From: Thermoprotei archaeon
Lineage (GTDB): Archaea; Thermoproteota; Thermoprotei; Thermoproteales; B15-G16
Reading direction: 5' to 3'
Assembly (NCBI GenBank): GCA_003649205.1
Contig: QMRC01000006.1
Coordinates: 13,190 to 77,189 of the forward strand
DNA length: 64,000 bases
Part shown: positions 63,425-64,000 of the stretch, piece by piece
Layout: each line of letters begins with the position of its first letter
Position numbering within the stretch: the first letter of the stretch is position 1
Translations under genes and position numbers: made by a program
Notes under the pieces: model-generated
Told to the model about the DNA's origin: nothing
Database searches by the model: none
The model's input: the letters and a program-made list of their open reading frames with translations, nothing else

Positions 63425-64000
63425 TTACATCGGTTGAATTAGTACTTCGTGAGTACTATTGCTCTCTCCAACTTCCTGCGTTAAATCTGCTCCAGTACTT
63501 GACTCGGGTTTCTCTATGTACTTCTCAAACTCTAGCTCGCTTAATACTGAACGAACTTCATCATTTGGAGAGAATACCCTAATCCTAACGATGTCTCCTT
63601 CCCTGAGGATCTGAAGGATTAGGTTATCCATTTCTATGTAGTCCTCACTCAAGCTCATGAGCTTAGGCACATCACCTAACTTCTCGAATAACTTGTTCAG
63701 TAAATCTGCATACAGCTTACTCACATTAATTCTCCACGATGGCTCTAACTTCAGCACCTCCTCACTACACAGCAATACAGTTGTTACAAAGGGACCTAAC
63801 TCCTTACCTATCTCATCTAGGTAGCTCTTCACTACCTCACATACAACTCTATTATCCTCAACCTTAATCCACTGATCATTTGTAAAGGTGAAGAGCACCT
63901 TCGATGGATTGACCTCAGTAAACCTATCACCACCCTTCAGTAAGACCTTGAAGGCTGTTGTAGCTAGTTCCAGTGCTTGTGACTTGTTCTCTGCTCTAAG
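63425..64000 (-). CDS. hypothetical protein (5' end probably beyond the window)
   Basis: The frame stays open upstream of the track start (GTG at 63898) all the way to position 64000 (..LRAENKSQALELATTAFKVLLKGGDRFTEVNPSK-VLFTF..). Confidence 0.5.
   Translation of the reverse strand, partial: LRAENKSQALELATTAFKVLLKGGDRFTEVNPSKVLFTFTNDQWIKVEDNRVVCEVVKSYLDEIGKELGPFVTTVLLCSEEVLKLEPSWRINVSKLYADLLNKLFEKLGDVPKLMSLSEDYIEMDNLILQILREGDIVRIRVFSPNDEVRSVLSELEFEKYIEKPESSTGADLTQEVGESNSTHEVLIQPM

Noticed and set aside
1-64000. Search for CRISPR arrays, rRNA genes, tRNA genes, and IS elements or transposases.
   Set aside because: I saw no regularly spaced 24-40-bp repeats, no tRNA-like cloverleaf GC islands, no rRNA-like stretches and no transposase-like ORFs. 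The only strongly GC-rich islands are at 23109-23166 and 35553-35645. A tRNAscan or Infernal run should confirm this.

Overview
This looks like a chromosomal segment of a hyperthermophilic crenarchaeon; the lineage (Thermoproteales-like) is inferred from gene content and from the small-RNA architecture. Gene density is high, there are many small overlaps between adjacent genes, and intergenic regions are short. From left to right the window contains: a [NiFe]-hydrogenase maturation cluster (hypF, hypC, an unknown ORF, a divergent hypD-like gene, hypE); a protease, an ATPase, an MtdA-like dehydrogenase and an NADH-oxidase-family gene; an aspartate-pathway operon (homoserine dehydrogenase, aspartate kinase, asd); an Opp/Dpp-type peptide ABC transporter; an M14 carboxypeptidase; a molybdenum-cofactor cluster (a moaB-moaE-like fusion, moaC, moaA, two moeA paralogs); a DUF362/ferredoxin pair; two membrane proteins; a roughly 10.8 kb integrated element (34219-45022); an ArcS-like/RaSEA-like archaeosine gene pair; an IorA-like gene and mobB; a glycosylation-type cluster (GT-B glycosyltransferase, a 1045-aa polytopic membrane protein, PGI/PMI, a class-II amidotransferase-like gene); a NOL1/NOP2/Sun m5C methyltransferase; a Lon-type S16 protease; and several hypothetical genes. 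I saw no rRNA genes, tRNA genes or CRISPR arrays. I found three C/D box sRNA genes with near-perfect canonical geometry, plus four weaker candidates. The most interesting part is the integrated element. (i) It is flanked by an exact 17-bp direct repeat. This repeat is both the 3' end of a C/D box sRNA gene and the 3' end of a convergent membrane-protein ORF, so the integration target is an sRNA gene. (ii) By manual count, the heptamer GACAGGT/ACCTGTC is about 30-fold over-represented inside the element, on both strands and in all reading frames. (iii) The element encodes a minimal TGT-fold (DpdA-like) transglycosylase, and the host archaeosine genes lie immediately outside attR. (iv) It carries an iteron-like array and a divergent wHTH/RHH switch region. 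All coordinates, motif counts and homology calls come from reading the sequence by eye and need computational confirmation.
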